Positions 8,470 to 18,359 of a DNA stretch of 19,615 nt are shown here, piece after piece. This DNA is from Fidelibacterota bacterium. GTDB taxonomy: Bacteria > Fidelibacterota > Marinisomatia > Marinisomatales > TCS55. Under the pieces are notes generated by a model that worked only from the letters and a program-made list of their open reading frames with translations, was not told the origin of the DNA and made no database searches. The translations under genes and the position numbers were made by a program. The stretch covers positions 1 through 19,615 of the forward strand of contig JAPNQO010000100.1 of NCBI GenBank assembly GCA_027251445.1, in the 5' to 3' direction. Position 1 is the stretch's first letter. Each line of letters begins with the position of its first letter.

Positions 8470-11400
8470 ATGAATGATATAACTAACATATTAAAAAATA
8501 AAATCATGGTTTTTGATGGTGCTATGGGGACCATGCTTCAATCGTACAATCTGACAGAAAAGGATTTTCGTGGTGAGCGCTTTAAAGATCATACAACTGA
8601 TTTAAAAGGTAATAATGATTTTCTATGCATTGTTAGACCGGATATAGTTGCTAAAATTCATAAAGCTTATTTTGATTCAGGAGCCGATATCATCGAAACA
8701 AACACTTTTAATGCTAATGCAATATCCCAGAAAGATTATCAAACAGAAAAATTTAGTTATGAAATAAATTTTGAGGCTGCCAAAATTGCAAAATCTGTTG
8801 CTAAAACATATAAAGACAAGCCAAGATTTGTTGCTGGAGCTATAGGCCCAACTAATAGGACGGCATCGCTCAGTCCTGATGTAAATAACCCAGATTTTAG
8901 GAATATTACATTTGATGAATTAAAAGATGCATATTATGAACAAGCAAAAGGGTTATTAGATGGGGGCGTAGATCTTTTTTTAATTGAAACAGTTTTTGAT
9001 ACTCTTAATTGTAAAGCTGCAATATTTGCAGTTAGAGAATTATTAGATGAAAAAAATAAAGATTTACCTTTATTTGTATCTGGCACTATAACTGATGCTA
9101 GTGGAAGAACTCTTTCCGGGCAGACAGTAGAGGCATTTTGGAATTCTATTAGACACGCTGATATTACTGCAGTTGGACTTAATTGTGCTCTAGGAGCTAA
9201 GGAAATTAGACCATGGTTAAATGATTTATCAAAGATTGCAGATACATTTGTTTTTGTATATCCTAATGCAGGGTTACCAAACGAGTTTGGTGAATATGAT
9301 GAGACCCCGCAAGAAATGTCCGAATTTATAGAAGAGTTTGCAGTTACCGGGTTAATAAATTTAGCAGGTGGATGCTGTGGGACAACGCCCCAACATATAA
9401 AGACTATTTGCAGCACTGTATCAGATATAAAGCCAAGAATAATTCCTAAAGTAAATAATTATACAAAATTAAGCGGTCTTGAGCCTTTTACTATCAGACC
9501 AGAAACAAACTTTGTTAATGTTGGTGAAAGAACAAATGTCACCGGATCAGCTCGATTTCGTCGATTGATTAAAGAAGATAACTTTGATGAAGCAGTAAGC
9601 GTTGCAAGACAGCAGATTGATAATGGGGCACAGATTATTGACATCAATATGGATGAAGGTTTGCTTGATTCAGAGATAGTAATTGAAAAATTTTTGAGAT
9701 TGATAGCATCTGAGCCAGATATTGCAAGAGTCCCAATTATGTTAGACTCATCTAAGTGGAGCGTTTTAGAAACTGGGTTAAAAAATATACAAGGTAAGGG
9801 AATTGTGAATTCTATATCAATGAAAGAAGGAATCGATATTTTTGTAGAACAAGCAAAATTGATTAAAAAATACGGTGCTGCAGTGATAGTAATGGCATTT
9901 GATGAAAAGGGTCAAGCAGATACGTATGAACGCAAGGTTGAAATTTGTTCTAGAGCATATAAAATATTAACCGAGCAAGCTAATTTCAATCCCGAAGATA
10001 TAATTTTTGATCCAAATATTTTTGCCGTGGCGACTGGTATAGATGAACATAATGAATACGCAATTGCATATATTGAGGCAGTTAGAACAATAAAAGAACA
10101 ATTTCCAATGGTTCATGTAAGTGGTGGTGTATCAAATCTATCATTTTCATTTAGAGGTAATGATGGAGTAAGGGAAGCAATGCATTCATCATTTTTGTAT
10201 CATGCTATTCAGGCAGGGATGGATATGGGTATAGTTAATGCTGGACAATTAACGGTTTATGATGATATTGATACTAAATTAAAAAAATGTGTGGAGGATG
10301 TATTATTTAATCGTGGAAATGATGCGACTGAAAGACTGGTAGAGATTGCAGAGAATTATAAAGGTATAAAAAAAGAATCAAAAAGTGATTTATCCTGGAG
10401 AGAAAAGTCTGTGAATGGTAGGCTAAGTTATGCATTAGTAGAAGGAATAGTAGACTTCATTATTGAGGACACTGAAGAGTCTAGGCAGCAATATGATCGC
10501 CCAATTCAGGTTATTGAAGGTCCCTTAATGGATGGAATGAATATAGTAGGTGATTTATTTGGTTCAGGGAAAATGTTCCTTCCTCAAGTTGTTAAATCTG
10601 CTAGAGTAATGAAAAAAGCCGTATCACACCTTATCCCTTTTATAGAGAAAGAAAAGGATGAACTCGGTTTAAAAGACAAATCCAATGGAAAAATAGTAAT
10701 GGCAACGGTTAAAGGCGATGTGCATGATATTGGGAAAAATATTGTAAGTGTCGTTTTAGGTTGCAATGGTTATGATGTTATTGATTTGGGTGTAATGGTA
10801 CCTTCAGATAAAATTATTTCTACTGCTAAAAAAGAAAATGCTGATATTATCGGCCTATCAGGGTTGATTACTCCAAGTTTAGAAGAAATGGTTCATATTG
10901 CAACAGAAATGGAACGATTAAAATTAGAAATACCTTTATTAATTGGTGGAGCTACTACGAGTCGTAAGCATACTGCAATTAAGATCGAAGAGAATTATTC
11001 TGGCCCTACAATACATGTTATAGATGCTTCTAGAGCTGTGGGAGTTGTGGGTAAGCTTTTGAATGAAAATGAAAAAGATAATTTTGTTAATGAAATAAAA
11101 GAAGATTTTAACGAGATACGAATTAATAGATTAAAAAAGGAAAATGTTAAAAAATTATCTATTGATACTGCTAGAAAAAGAAAATTTTTATCTAACTGGA
11201 AAAAAATAAAACCTACCAGACCATCCCTGATGGGAATAAAGGTCTTCGATAATTATCCTCTTCATGAATTAGAACATTATATTGATTGGTCCCCATTTTT
11301 TCATGCATGGGAGTTAAAGGGGCTATATCCAAAAATATTATCTGATAAAAAGTTTGGCGAACAGGCAGTAAAGCTCATGGAAGATGGGAAACAATTACTT

Positions 11401-12003
11401 AATCATATTATTTCTGAAAAACTTCTTAATGCAAAGGCAGTTATTGGTATCCATGCGGCTTATTCTAAAGATGAATCTGTAATTTGCAACGATATTAAAT
11501 TTGACTTTCCAAGGCAGTTAATTGATAAAGGAGAAAATAATATAAATTATTCTCTTGCAGATTTTATTGCTCCAAAAAATGATTTCATTGGTACGTTTGC
11601 AGTTACAACAGGCCACGGATTAGAAAAGATTGTAAAATATTATGAAGATCAAGATGATGATTATAATGCAATAATGGCAAAAGTGTTAGCAGATAGGTTG
11701 GCGGAGGCTCTTACCGAAAAAATACATGAAAAGGTACGAAAAGAATACTGGGGATATGCTTCAAATGAAAAGTTGACTAATGATGAATTAATTAAGGAGA
11801 AATATATAGGCATTCGTCCGGCTCCTGGATACCCTTCGTGTCCTAACCACGAGGAAAAAGATAAGATATGGAAATTACTCAATGTCCAACAAAATACTGG
11901 TATTCTACTTACTGAGACTCGTGCTATGTACCCTGCAGCTTCAGTTTGTGGATGGTATTTTTCTCATCCTGAGTCAAAATATTTTTCTGTTTTAAATAAT
12001 TAA
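8470..12003 (+). CDS. metH: Cobalamin-dependent methionine synthase
   Basis: DGAMGT, Zn ligands GLNC and GGCCGTT, pterin domain GERTNVTGS, cap [15 protein letters not shown]12 motif [10 protein letters not shown]...SGL...IGG, and reactivation domain RPAPGYP. Confidence 0.98.
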   Translation: MNDITNILKNKIMVFDGAMGTMLQSYNLTEKDFRGERFKDHTTDLKGNNDFLCIVRPDIVAKIHKAYFDSGADIIETNTFNANAISQKDYQTEKFSYEINFEAAKIAKSVAKTYKDKPRFVAGAIGPTNRTASLSPDVNNPDFRNITFDELKDAYYEQAKGLLDGGVDLFLIETVFDTLNCKAAIFAVRELLDEKNKDLPLFVSGTITDASGRTLSGQTVEAFWNSIRHADITAVGLNCALGAKEIRPWLNDLSKIADTFVFVYPNAGLPNEFGEYDETPQEMSEFIEEFAVTGLINLAGGCCGTTPQHIKTICSTVSDIKPRIIPKVNNYTKLSGLEPFTIRPETNFVNVGERTNVTGSARFRRLIKEDNFDEAVSVARQQIDNGAQIIDINMDEGLLDSEIVIEKFLRLIASEPDIARVPIMLDSSKWSVLETGLKNIQGKGIVNSISMKEGIDIFVEQAKLIKKYGAAVIVMAFDEKGQADTYERKVEICSRAYKILTEQANFNPEDIIFDPNIFAVATGIDEHNEYAIAYIEAVRTIKEQFPMVHVSGGVSNLSFSFRGNDGVREAMHSSFLYHAIQAGMDMGIVNAGQLTVYDDIDTKLKKCVEDVLFNRGNDATERLVEIAENYKGIKKESKSDLSWREKSVNGRLSYALVEGIVDFIIEDTEESRQQYDRPIQVIEGPLMDGMNIVGDLFGSGKMFLPQVVKSARVMKKAVSHLIPFIEKEKDELGLKDKSNGKIVMATVKGDVHDIGKNIVSVVLGCNGYDVIDLGVMVPSDKIISTAKKENADIIGLSGLITPSLEEMVHIATEMERLKLEIPLLIGGATTSRKHTAIKIEENYSGPTIHVIDASRAVGVVGKLLNENEKDNFVNEIKEDFNEIRINRLKKENVKKLSIDTARKRKFLSNWKKIKPTRPSLMGIKVFDNYPLHELEHYIDWSPFFHAWELKGLYPKILSDKKFGEQAVKLMEDGKQLLNHIISEKLLNAKAVIGIHAAYSKDESVICNDIKFDFPRQLIDKGENNINYSLADFIAPKNDFIGTFAVTTGHGLEKIVKYYEDQDDDYNAIMAKVLADRLAEALTEKIHEKVRKEYWGYASNEKLTNDELIKEKYIGIRPAPGYPSCPNHEEKDKIWKLLNVQQNTGILLTETRAMYPAASVCGWYFSHPESKYFSVLNN

Positions 12004-12007
12004 ATCA

Positions 12008-12709
12008 ATGAATAAGAAGAAGAATCGTCAAATTATTGCAATTGGTGGTGGTGGCTTTGGAAGAGATCCAAATCATAGAAAAATAGAACAATACATTATA
12101 GATCAAGCACATAATGATAATCCAAGCGTGCTTTTTTTGCCAACGGCAAGCGCGGAAGACAAAATATATATTGATAATTATTACGAATGTTTCGGAGCTC
12201 TTTCTTGTAAGCCAACTCATATATCCTTTTTTTCTAGGACTCCTAGATTGAATGGTTTATTCAATAAAGCAGATATTATCTATGTTGGTGGAGGGAATAC
12301 AAAAAGTATGCTAGCTGTATGGCGCGAATGGAAAGTTGACATATTATTACGCCGAGCTTATGAAAGGGGTGTAGTAATGGCTGGGGTTAGCGCCGGTGCA
12401 ATTTGTTGGTTTACACAGGGTATAACAGATTCATGGGCTAGCAATTTAAATACTCTTGATTGTTTAGGGTTTTTGGATGGGATGTGTTGTCCGCATTATT
12501 TAGAGGAATCTGATAGAAAGCCAACAGTTCATAAAATGCTTCAAGATGGAAAAGCTATGAAAGGTTATGGTATAGATGGAGGTTCAGCGGTACATTTTAT
12601 AAATGAGAAATTTGAAAGATCCATATCTTTTTATCCTGAACGTAAAGCATATTTTATTGAAAAAGATAATAGTATTAAAGAAAAAGAGCTTCCTCATATA
12701 GTGCTATGA
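12008..12709 (+). CDS. Peptidase E / S51 family (class I GATase-like) protein
   Basis: IGGGG, FLPTAS, YVGGGNT, nucleophile elbow GVSAGA and CPHY. Confidence 0.85.
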   Translation: MNKKKNRQIIAIGGGGFGRDPNHRKIEQYIIDQAHNDNPSVLFLPTASAEDKIYIDNYYECFGALSCKPTHISFFSRTPRLNGLFNKADIIYVGGGNTKSMLAVWREWKVDILLRRAYERGVVMAGVSAGAICWFTQGITDSWASNLNTLDCLGFLDGMCCPHYLEESDRKPTVHKMLQDGKAMKGYGIDGGSAVHFINEKFERSISFYPERKAYFIEKDNSIKEKELPHIVL

Positions 12710-13308
12710 TACCCAGTGAAGAAGAATCCGTATTTTGGGAAAATTTATATTTATCCGATGATGCCACATGGGATTTAGGTGGAGCAACGCCAGTATTTGA
12801 ATCTGTATCTGAAGAATTTAATCCTGGGAAAATTTGCATAATAGGTTGCGGTAAAGGACATGATGCAGTGATGTTTGCTAAAAAAGAATTCGAAGTGACG
12901 GCTGTTGATTTTGCACCATCAGCAATTAGACATCTTAAACATCTAGCAGAAGAAGCAAAAGTAAAGATTCATACTGTTCAAGAAAATATTTTTAAACTTT
13001 CAACAGACTATCATAACAAATTTAATTTTGTAATCGAACAAACTTGTTTTTGTGCAATTAATCCAACAATGCGCAAGAATTATGAACAATTAGTTAAAAA
13101 TCTATTAGTCAAAGGGGGAAAATTAATTGGATTATGGTTTCCATTAGATAAAGATATATCAGAAGGTGGTCCTCCTTGGGCAACATCTGTTGAAGAAGTA
13201 AAGAAAATATTTTCTAATGGATGGATAATGGAAAGTGAAAAGTTTTCACCCTTATCTATTGAACCAAGAAAAGGAAGAGAGAAGTTGATCGTTTTTAGAA
13301 AAGTATAA
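12706..13308 (+). CDS. TPMT/halide-thiol methyltransferase-like class I SAM-dependent methyltransferase
   Basis: N-terminal FW..Y....WDLG..TP, motif I IGCGKGHD, VDFA, EQTCFCAI and GGPPW. ATGA overlap with the upstream gene. Confidence 0.8.
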   Translation: MIPSEEESVFWENLYLSDDATWDLGGATPVFESVSEEFNPGKICIIGCGKGHDAVMFAKKEFEVTAVDFAPSAIRHLKHLAEEAKVKIHTVQENIFKLSTDYHNKFNFVIEQTCFCAINPTMRKNYEQLVKNLLVKGGKLIGLWFPLDKDISEGGPPWATSVEEVKKIFSNGWIMESEKFSPLSIEPRKGREKLIVFRKV

Positions 13309-13322
13309 CCTAACTTTATTAA

Positions 13323-14108
13323 ATGAATTCTAATTTAAATTTAGCTAAAGAAGCGGCTAGAGAAGCTGGTTCTATAATAATGAAATATTATAAAAAAGAT
13401 TATGATATTCGTGAAAAAAGTTATCATAATCCTGTTACTACTGCTGATAAAGAAGCAGATGAAAAAATTAAAGAAATTTTACTTCAAAATAACTCTGGTT
13501 ATGGTTGGTTATCAGAAGAAACTGTTGATTCAAGTGAAAGGCTTACAAAAAAATCTGTTTGGGTGGTAGATCCCTTAGATGGAACTAAAGAATTTATTGA
13601 AGGTGTCCCAAATTTTGTTGTTAGTATAGCTTTAGTTAAAAATAATGATCCAATATTGGGCGTCCTTTACAATCCTGTGACTGGTCAAGTATTCTCTGCG
13701 GTTAAGGATAAGGGAGCGTTTCTAAATGGAGAGCCAATATTCTGTTCAAAAAAAAATGATTTAAACCAAATGATCATTTTAAATAGCCGATCAGAAACAA
13801 ATCGTGGACTATGGAGATCATATTCATCTATATTTAAAGAATTAAAACCTGTTGGTTCGGTTGCATACAAATTGGGATTAACTGCTGCAGGCATAGGGGA
13901 TATATTTGCGACACTACGGCCAAAGAACGAATGGGATATTTGTGCAGGAACATGTATAATCAATGAATCTGGAGGAAAAGTTATTGACCTAAACGGTAAT
14001 GATATTACTTTTAATAAAGAAAACACGCTGATAGAGCCTGGTTTGATAGCAGGTGAAGTTTCAGCTGTTAAGAAAACTTTTTTAGCTTTTCAGAAAAATG
14101 ATACATGA
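13323..14108 (+). CDS. Inositol monophosphatase / CysQ-like 3'(2'),5'-bisphosphate nucleotidase
   Basis: PVTTAD, LSEE, WVVDPLDGTKEF, SRS, VGS and EWDICAG. DGTKEF and EWD lean toward CysQ. Confidence 0.85.
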   Translation: MNSNLNLAKEAAREAGSIIMKYYKKDYDIREKSYHNPVTTADKEADEKIKEILLQNNSGYGWLSEETVDSSERLTKKSVWVVDPLDGTKEFIEGVPNFVVSIALVKNNDPILGVLYNPVTGQVFSAVKDKGAFLNGEPIFCSKKNDLNQMIILNSRSETNRGLWRSYSSIFKELKPVGSVAYKLGLTAAGIGDIFATLRPKNEWDICAGTCIINESGGKVIDLNGNDITFNKENTLIEPGLIAGEVSAVKKTFLAFQKNDT

Positions 14109-15067
14109 ATAATACTCCAAAAGATGCAATAAAGTGCTTAGATAAAGGTTTTGTACGCTTAGTTGATTCAATGGGCGGAGATGGCGCTATAGTTCAGGCT
14201 GCACGTGTAAGTTATGGAAAAGGTACAAGTAAGGTGAGTCAAGATAGAGGTCTTATTCGATATTTAATGAGGCACAGGCACACTACCCCTTTTGAAATGG
14301 TAGAGTTTAAATATCATTGTAAGATGCCTATTTTTGTAGCTCGACAATGGGTAAGGCACCGTACTGCCAATATCAACGAATATTCTTTACGCTATTCTGA
14401 AGCACGAGATGAGTTTTACTATCCAGATCCGGAGAATATTCAATTTCAAAGCGCTCTGAATAAGCAAGGTAGATTAGGTGAAGTTTCTGATGAATTGAAA
14501 AAGAAAGTAAATACATATTTTAAAGAAATATCTGATAGAAGTTTTGAAATTTATTCGGAATTAAATAATGCAGGAGTGGCGAGAGAGCTTGCTAGAGCAG
14601 TATTACCTGTAAATCTATATACTGAATGGTATTGGAAAAATGATTTACATAATCTTCTTCATTTTATTGGTTTAAGATCTGATGATCATGCTCAATATGA
14701 AATTAGAGTTTTTTCAGATGCCATGGCTGAATCTGTAAAAAAAGTTGCGCCATTTGCTTGGGAAGCATATCAGGATTATGTAGTGAGCGGCCTGCGATTC
14801 TCTAGGATCGAGCGTGGTATTTTAGAAAAAAAATTACCAAAAAGAGTAATTGAAGATCTTCTTGAAGATTTAGCCTATCAGATTACTGCATCGTTGCATA
14901 ATAATAAGCCCCGCAGTGATAAAGATCTATTTCCTCTTTATACTAAGCAAGGAGGCTCCGATTCAAAAGGTGATTTTTTTCTTAAATGGAATTCTGGAGA
15001 AATTCATCCAAGTAATGTGAGAGAGTTGCGAGAGTTTAAAACCAAGCTTAAAAGGTTAATGAAATAA
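14105..15067 (+). CDS. thyX: FAD-dependent thymidylate synthase
   Basis: AARVSY, HTTPFE, PIFVARQW, signature RHR-x7-S (RHRTANINEYSLRY), ELARAVLP and HAQYEIR. Carries a C-terminal extension. Confidence 0.95.
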   Translation: MNNTPKDAIKCLDKGFVRLVDSMGGDGAIVQAARVSYGKGTSKVSQDRGLIRYLMRHRHTTPFEMVEFKYHCKMPIFVARQWVRHRTANINEYSLRYSEARDEFYYPDPENIQFQSALNKQGRLGEVSDELKKKVNTYFKEISDRSFEIYSELNNAGVARELARAVLPVNLYTEWYWKNDLHNLLHFIGLRSDDHAQYEIRVFSDAMAESVKKVAPFAWEAYQDYVVSGLRFSRIERGILEKKLPKRVIEDLLEDLAYQITASLHNNKPRSDKDLFPLYTKQGGSDSKGDFFLKWNSGEIHPSNVRELREFKTKLKRLMK

Positions 15068-15095
15068 TTATTTTTTCACGAACTTTTTAGGGCAT

Positions 15096-17303
15096 ATGTC
15101 CTTATTTAATAGAGCAAAAATCATAGATAAGAATTTTTCAGATTTTGTCAAATCTGAAAAATTTCCTAAATCAAAAGTTAATGCATCAAAAAATGGTACA
15201 AATTCATCTGAACTAATCTCTTTATTTGAATCTCAGGTTTTTAGCAGGCATTTAGATTTAAAAGCTAGAATTATGAAGGAAGAAGGCAAGTGTTATTATA
15301 CTATAGGAAGTTCTGGCCATGAAGGGAATGCAGTCTTTGGAAATATTTTTCCATATACAGATATGGCATTTCTTCATTATCGTAGCGGTGCTTTCTTTAT
15401 TGAGAGATCAAAACAAATAGCAGGCACTACCCCTATCTATGACCTTGCATTATCATTCACAGCATCTTCTGATGACCCTATTAGCGAAGGCCGGCATAAG
15501 GTGTTTGGAAGTAAGCTATTAAATATACCACCACAAACTAGTACTATTTCTAGCCATATACCTAAAGCTGTAGGAGCCGCCCTTTCTATTGATAGAGCTA
15601 AAGATTTAATGTTAAAAGAAAGAGAATTGATAGACGAAAGTATAATCCTTTGCAGTTTTGGAGATGCTAGTGTGAATCATTCTACCGCATTAGGTGGTTT
15701 TAATACTGCTATGTGGATTACACACCAAGGAGGTCATGTCCCAATCGTATTTATTTGTGAAGATAATGGATTAGGCATATCAGTAAAAACACCTGATAAT
15801 TGGGTCCATGATTCGTTTTCAAATAGAAAAGGTATTAAGTATATCAATTGTAATGGTTTAGATTTAATTGACTTAATCCAAAAGTCGAAAGAAGCGGAGT
15901 CTTTTTGTCGAAAAAATAGAACTCCAGTTTTTCTGCATATGAATACTATTCGATTAATGGGCCATGCTGGGTCAGATATTGAGTTTAGCTATAATAGTCA
16001 GACTGATATTGAGAAAAATGAATTTAATGATCCTTTATTACATTCATCTCGAATACTAATACATAATAAATGTTTGTCAAAAGATGATATTTTAAACTTA
16101 TATGAGCATGCAAGAGAAACTGTCAATTATGCTTGCGAGGAAGCATCATGTAAACCAAAGCTCATTACAGCAAAAAGTATTATGAAATCAATCATTCCAA
16201 ACTCAAAAAAATATACCGCTCCACCTATTCCAAAGAAAATTTATAGAGAAAAGATCTTTGGTAAAGAATATAAGAGAATGGAACAGCCTAGTCATATGGC
16301 AAAGTTAATTAATTATGCTCTTACTGATATTTTGATTAGATATTCTAATACTTTAATTTTTGGTGAGGATGTTGCTGAAAAGGGCGGGGTATATAATGTA
16401 ACAGCAAACTTATTTGAACAATTTGGAACTCGAAGAGTATTCAATAGTCCGCTAGATGAAACTTCAATTATTGGAACAGCTGCGGGTCTTTCTCATAATG
16501 GTTTTATTCCAATACCTGAGATTCAATTTTTAGCTTATTATCATAATGCTGAAGATCAATTGCGTGGTGAGGCAGCAACTCTGCCTTTTTTTAGTAAAGG
16601 ACAGTTTGTAAACCCCATGGTGCTACGAATCCCTGGCCTTGCTTATCAAAAAGGTTTTGGAGGACATTTTCATAATGATAATTCTTTAGCAGTATTTAGA
16701 GATTTACCAGGAATCATTGTTGCTTGTCCATCAAATGGTGCTGATGCTGTAAAAATGCTTAGAAGAGTTGTGTTGGAAGCATATAAAAATTCTAGAATTA
16801 CAGTATTTATTGAACCAATAGCTTTATATATGGTTAAGGATTTATATAAAGAAAAAGATAGAAAATGGAGTTTCAAATATCCAAATATAAAAGAAGAGAT
16901 AGAGATTGGCGAGTTTTCAGTACATGGGCAGGGTTCAGCTCTAACAATTATTTCATATGGGAATGGATTTTATTTATCTATGCAAGCAAAAGACGAGATT
17001 GAAAAAGTATTAAATAAAAAAATAAAGATAATTGATTTAAGATGGTTAAGTGATATTAATATTGAAAACCTGCTAAAAGCTAACGGTAAATGTTCCAAAA
17101 TTTTGATTATTGATGAATGTCGTAAAAATGGATGTTATGGTGAAGGTTTAGTATCTGACATTTTAACTGCTACTAAGATTCCAGTAAAAATTAGATTGCA
17201 TGCAGCAGAAAATAGTTTTATTCCGCTTGGTGAAGCTGCTAATGTTACGCTCCCTAGCAAAGAAAGCATAATTGAACAGGCCCTAGAATTATATAATGAA
17301 TAG
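15096..17303 (+). CDS. Fused E1 alpha/beta ThDP-dependent 2-oxoacid dehydrogenase-like protein
   Basis: Alpha part has SSGHEG, HYRS, a ThDP motif GDAS-x(n)-EDN and RLMGH. Beta part has FGEDV..KGGV, RVFNSPLDE, PEIQF, GGHFH, FIEP and IDLRW. No lipoyl domain is present. Confidence 0.9.
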   Translation: MSLFNRAKIIDKNFSDFVKSEKFPKSKVNASKNGTNSSELISLFESQVFSRHLDLKARIMKEEGKCYYTIGSSGHEGNAVFGNIFPYTDMAFLHYRSGAFFIERSKQIAGTTPIYDLALSFTASSDDPISEGRHKVFGSKLLNIPPQTSTISSHIPKAVGAALSIDRAKDLMLKERELIDESIILCSFGDASVNHSTALGGFNTAMWITHQGGHVPIVFICEDNGLGISVKTPDNWVHDSFSNRKGIKYINCNGLDLIDLIQKSKEAESFCRKNRTPVFLHMNTIRLMGHAGSDIEFSYNSQTDIEKNEFNDPLLHSSRILIHNKCLSKDDILNLYEHARETVNYACEEASCKPKLITAKSIMKSIIPNSKKYTAPPIPKKIYREKIFGKEYKRMEQPSHMAKLINYALTDILIRYSNTLIFGEDVAEKGGVYNVTANLFEQFGTRRVFNSPLDETSIIGTAAGLSHNGFIPIPEIQFLAYYHNAEDQLRGEAATLPFFSKGQFVNPMVLRIPGLAYQKGFGGHFHNDNSLAVFRDLPGIIVACPSNGADAVKMLRRVVLEAYKNSRITVFIEPIALYMVKDLYKEKDRKWSFKYPNIKEEIEIGEFSVHGQGSALTIISYGNGFYLSMQAKDEIEKVLNKKIKIIDLRWLSDINIENLLKANGKCSKILIIDECRKNGCYGEGLVSDILTATKIPVKIRLHAAENSFIPLGEAANVTLPSKESIIEQALELYNE

Positions 17304-18339
17304 AAAAAGAATAGTAATTATTTGTCCGGGTCGTGGTAGTTACACAAGAGAAACTCAAGGGTACCTCAACGAATACAAAGAACCACATATAGATAAAATA
17401 AATTATATGGATAAACAAAGATTGAAAGCTGGACTGACTTCTCTTACAGATCTTGATACGACAATCTTTAAATCAAACATACATATGAAGGGAGAAAATG
17501 CATCAACTCTAATTTATGCATCTAGCCTTATTGATTATCATTCAATTGATCAATCAAAATATAAAATTGTTGGTATAATTGGTAATTCAATGGGGTGGTA
17601 CTCAACTTTAGCATTTTCTCAATCTTTAGATTATCAAAGTTCATATGCTCTTATTGACACTATGGGATCTATGATGAAAGATAACATTATTGGTGGACAA
17701 ATTATTTATTCAATAACAGATGACAATTGGAAGATTAATAATGACCTCAAAGAAAAATGCCAAAATGAAATCAATAAAGTAGGTGCTCAAATTTCTATTT
17801 ATCTTGGTGGATATTTAGTTATTGGAGCTGAGCAAACTGTTTTGAATAAGCTATTAAAAATACTACCTAAAAATGGTAAATATCCTTTTCAATTACCCTT
17901 TCATGCAGCCTTTCATACATCACTTTTAGAGTCAATTTCACAAAAAGCAAAAAGTGCTTTTTCAAGTGATATATTTTTTAAGCCTAAAATACCAATAATT
18001 GATGGTCGCGGTCATATTTGGTCACCATGGTCAACAAACGAAATAGATTTATATAATTATACATTAGGACATCAAGTATACAAGCCATTCAATTTTACAA
18101 AAACATTAACAGTGTCAATGAAGGAATTGTCGCCAGACAATATTGTTTTGCTTGGCCCTGGTAATACTTTGGGTGGCGTAATTGGTCAAATTATCTGTCA
18201 GATTAAATGGAAAAATATTTTATCTAAAGACGATTTTGTTAAAAGACAAAAGGAAAACCCATTTCTTATTTCTATGGGCATTCCCAATCAGAGAGAAATA
18301 ATTTCGCAATGCTATGAAAACCCAATCATATCTTCGTAA
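17296..18339 (+). CDS. Atypical FabD-like (ACP S-malonyltransferase-fold) acyltransferase
   Basis: CPGRGSY (cf. FPGQGSQ), GNSMG (cf. GHSLG), AAFHT, Q...PFNF and LGPG. Overlaps the E1 stop by 8 nt. Confidence 0.8.
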   Translation: MNRKRIVIICPGRGSYTRETQGYLNEYKEPHIDKINYMDKQRLKAGLTSLTDLDTTIFKSNIHMKGENASTLIYASSLIDYHSIDQSKYKIVGIIGNSMGWYSTLAFSQSLDYQSSYALIDTMGSMMKDNIIGGQIIYSITDDNWKINNDLKEKCQNEINKVGAQISIYLGGYLVIGAEQTVLNKLLKILPKNGKYPFQLPFHAAFHTSLLESISQKAKSAFSSDIFFKPKIPIIDGRGHIWSPWSTNEIDLYNYTLGHQVYKPFNFTKTLTVSMKELSPDNIVLLGPGNTLGGVIGQIICQIKWKNILSKDDFVKRQKENPFLISMGIPNQREIISQCYENPIISS

Positions 18340-18359
18340 TTTCAAGAAAAGAATTATCT

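Noticed and set aside
17296..18339. Calling this gene fabD or part of a fatty-acid/PKS cluster
   Set aside because: The malonyl-binding Arg is absent and no ACP, KS or fabG/fabH genes are nearby.
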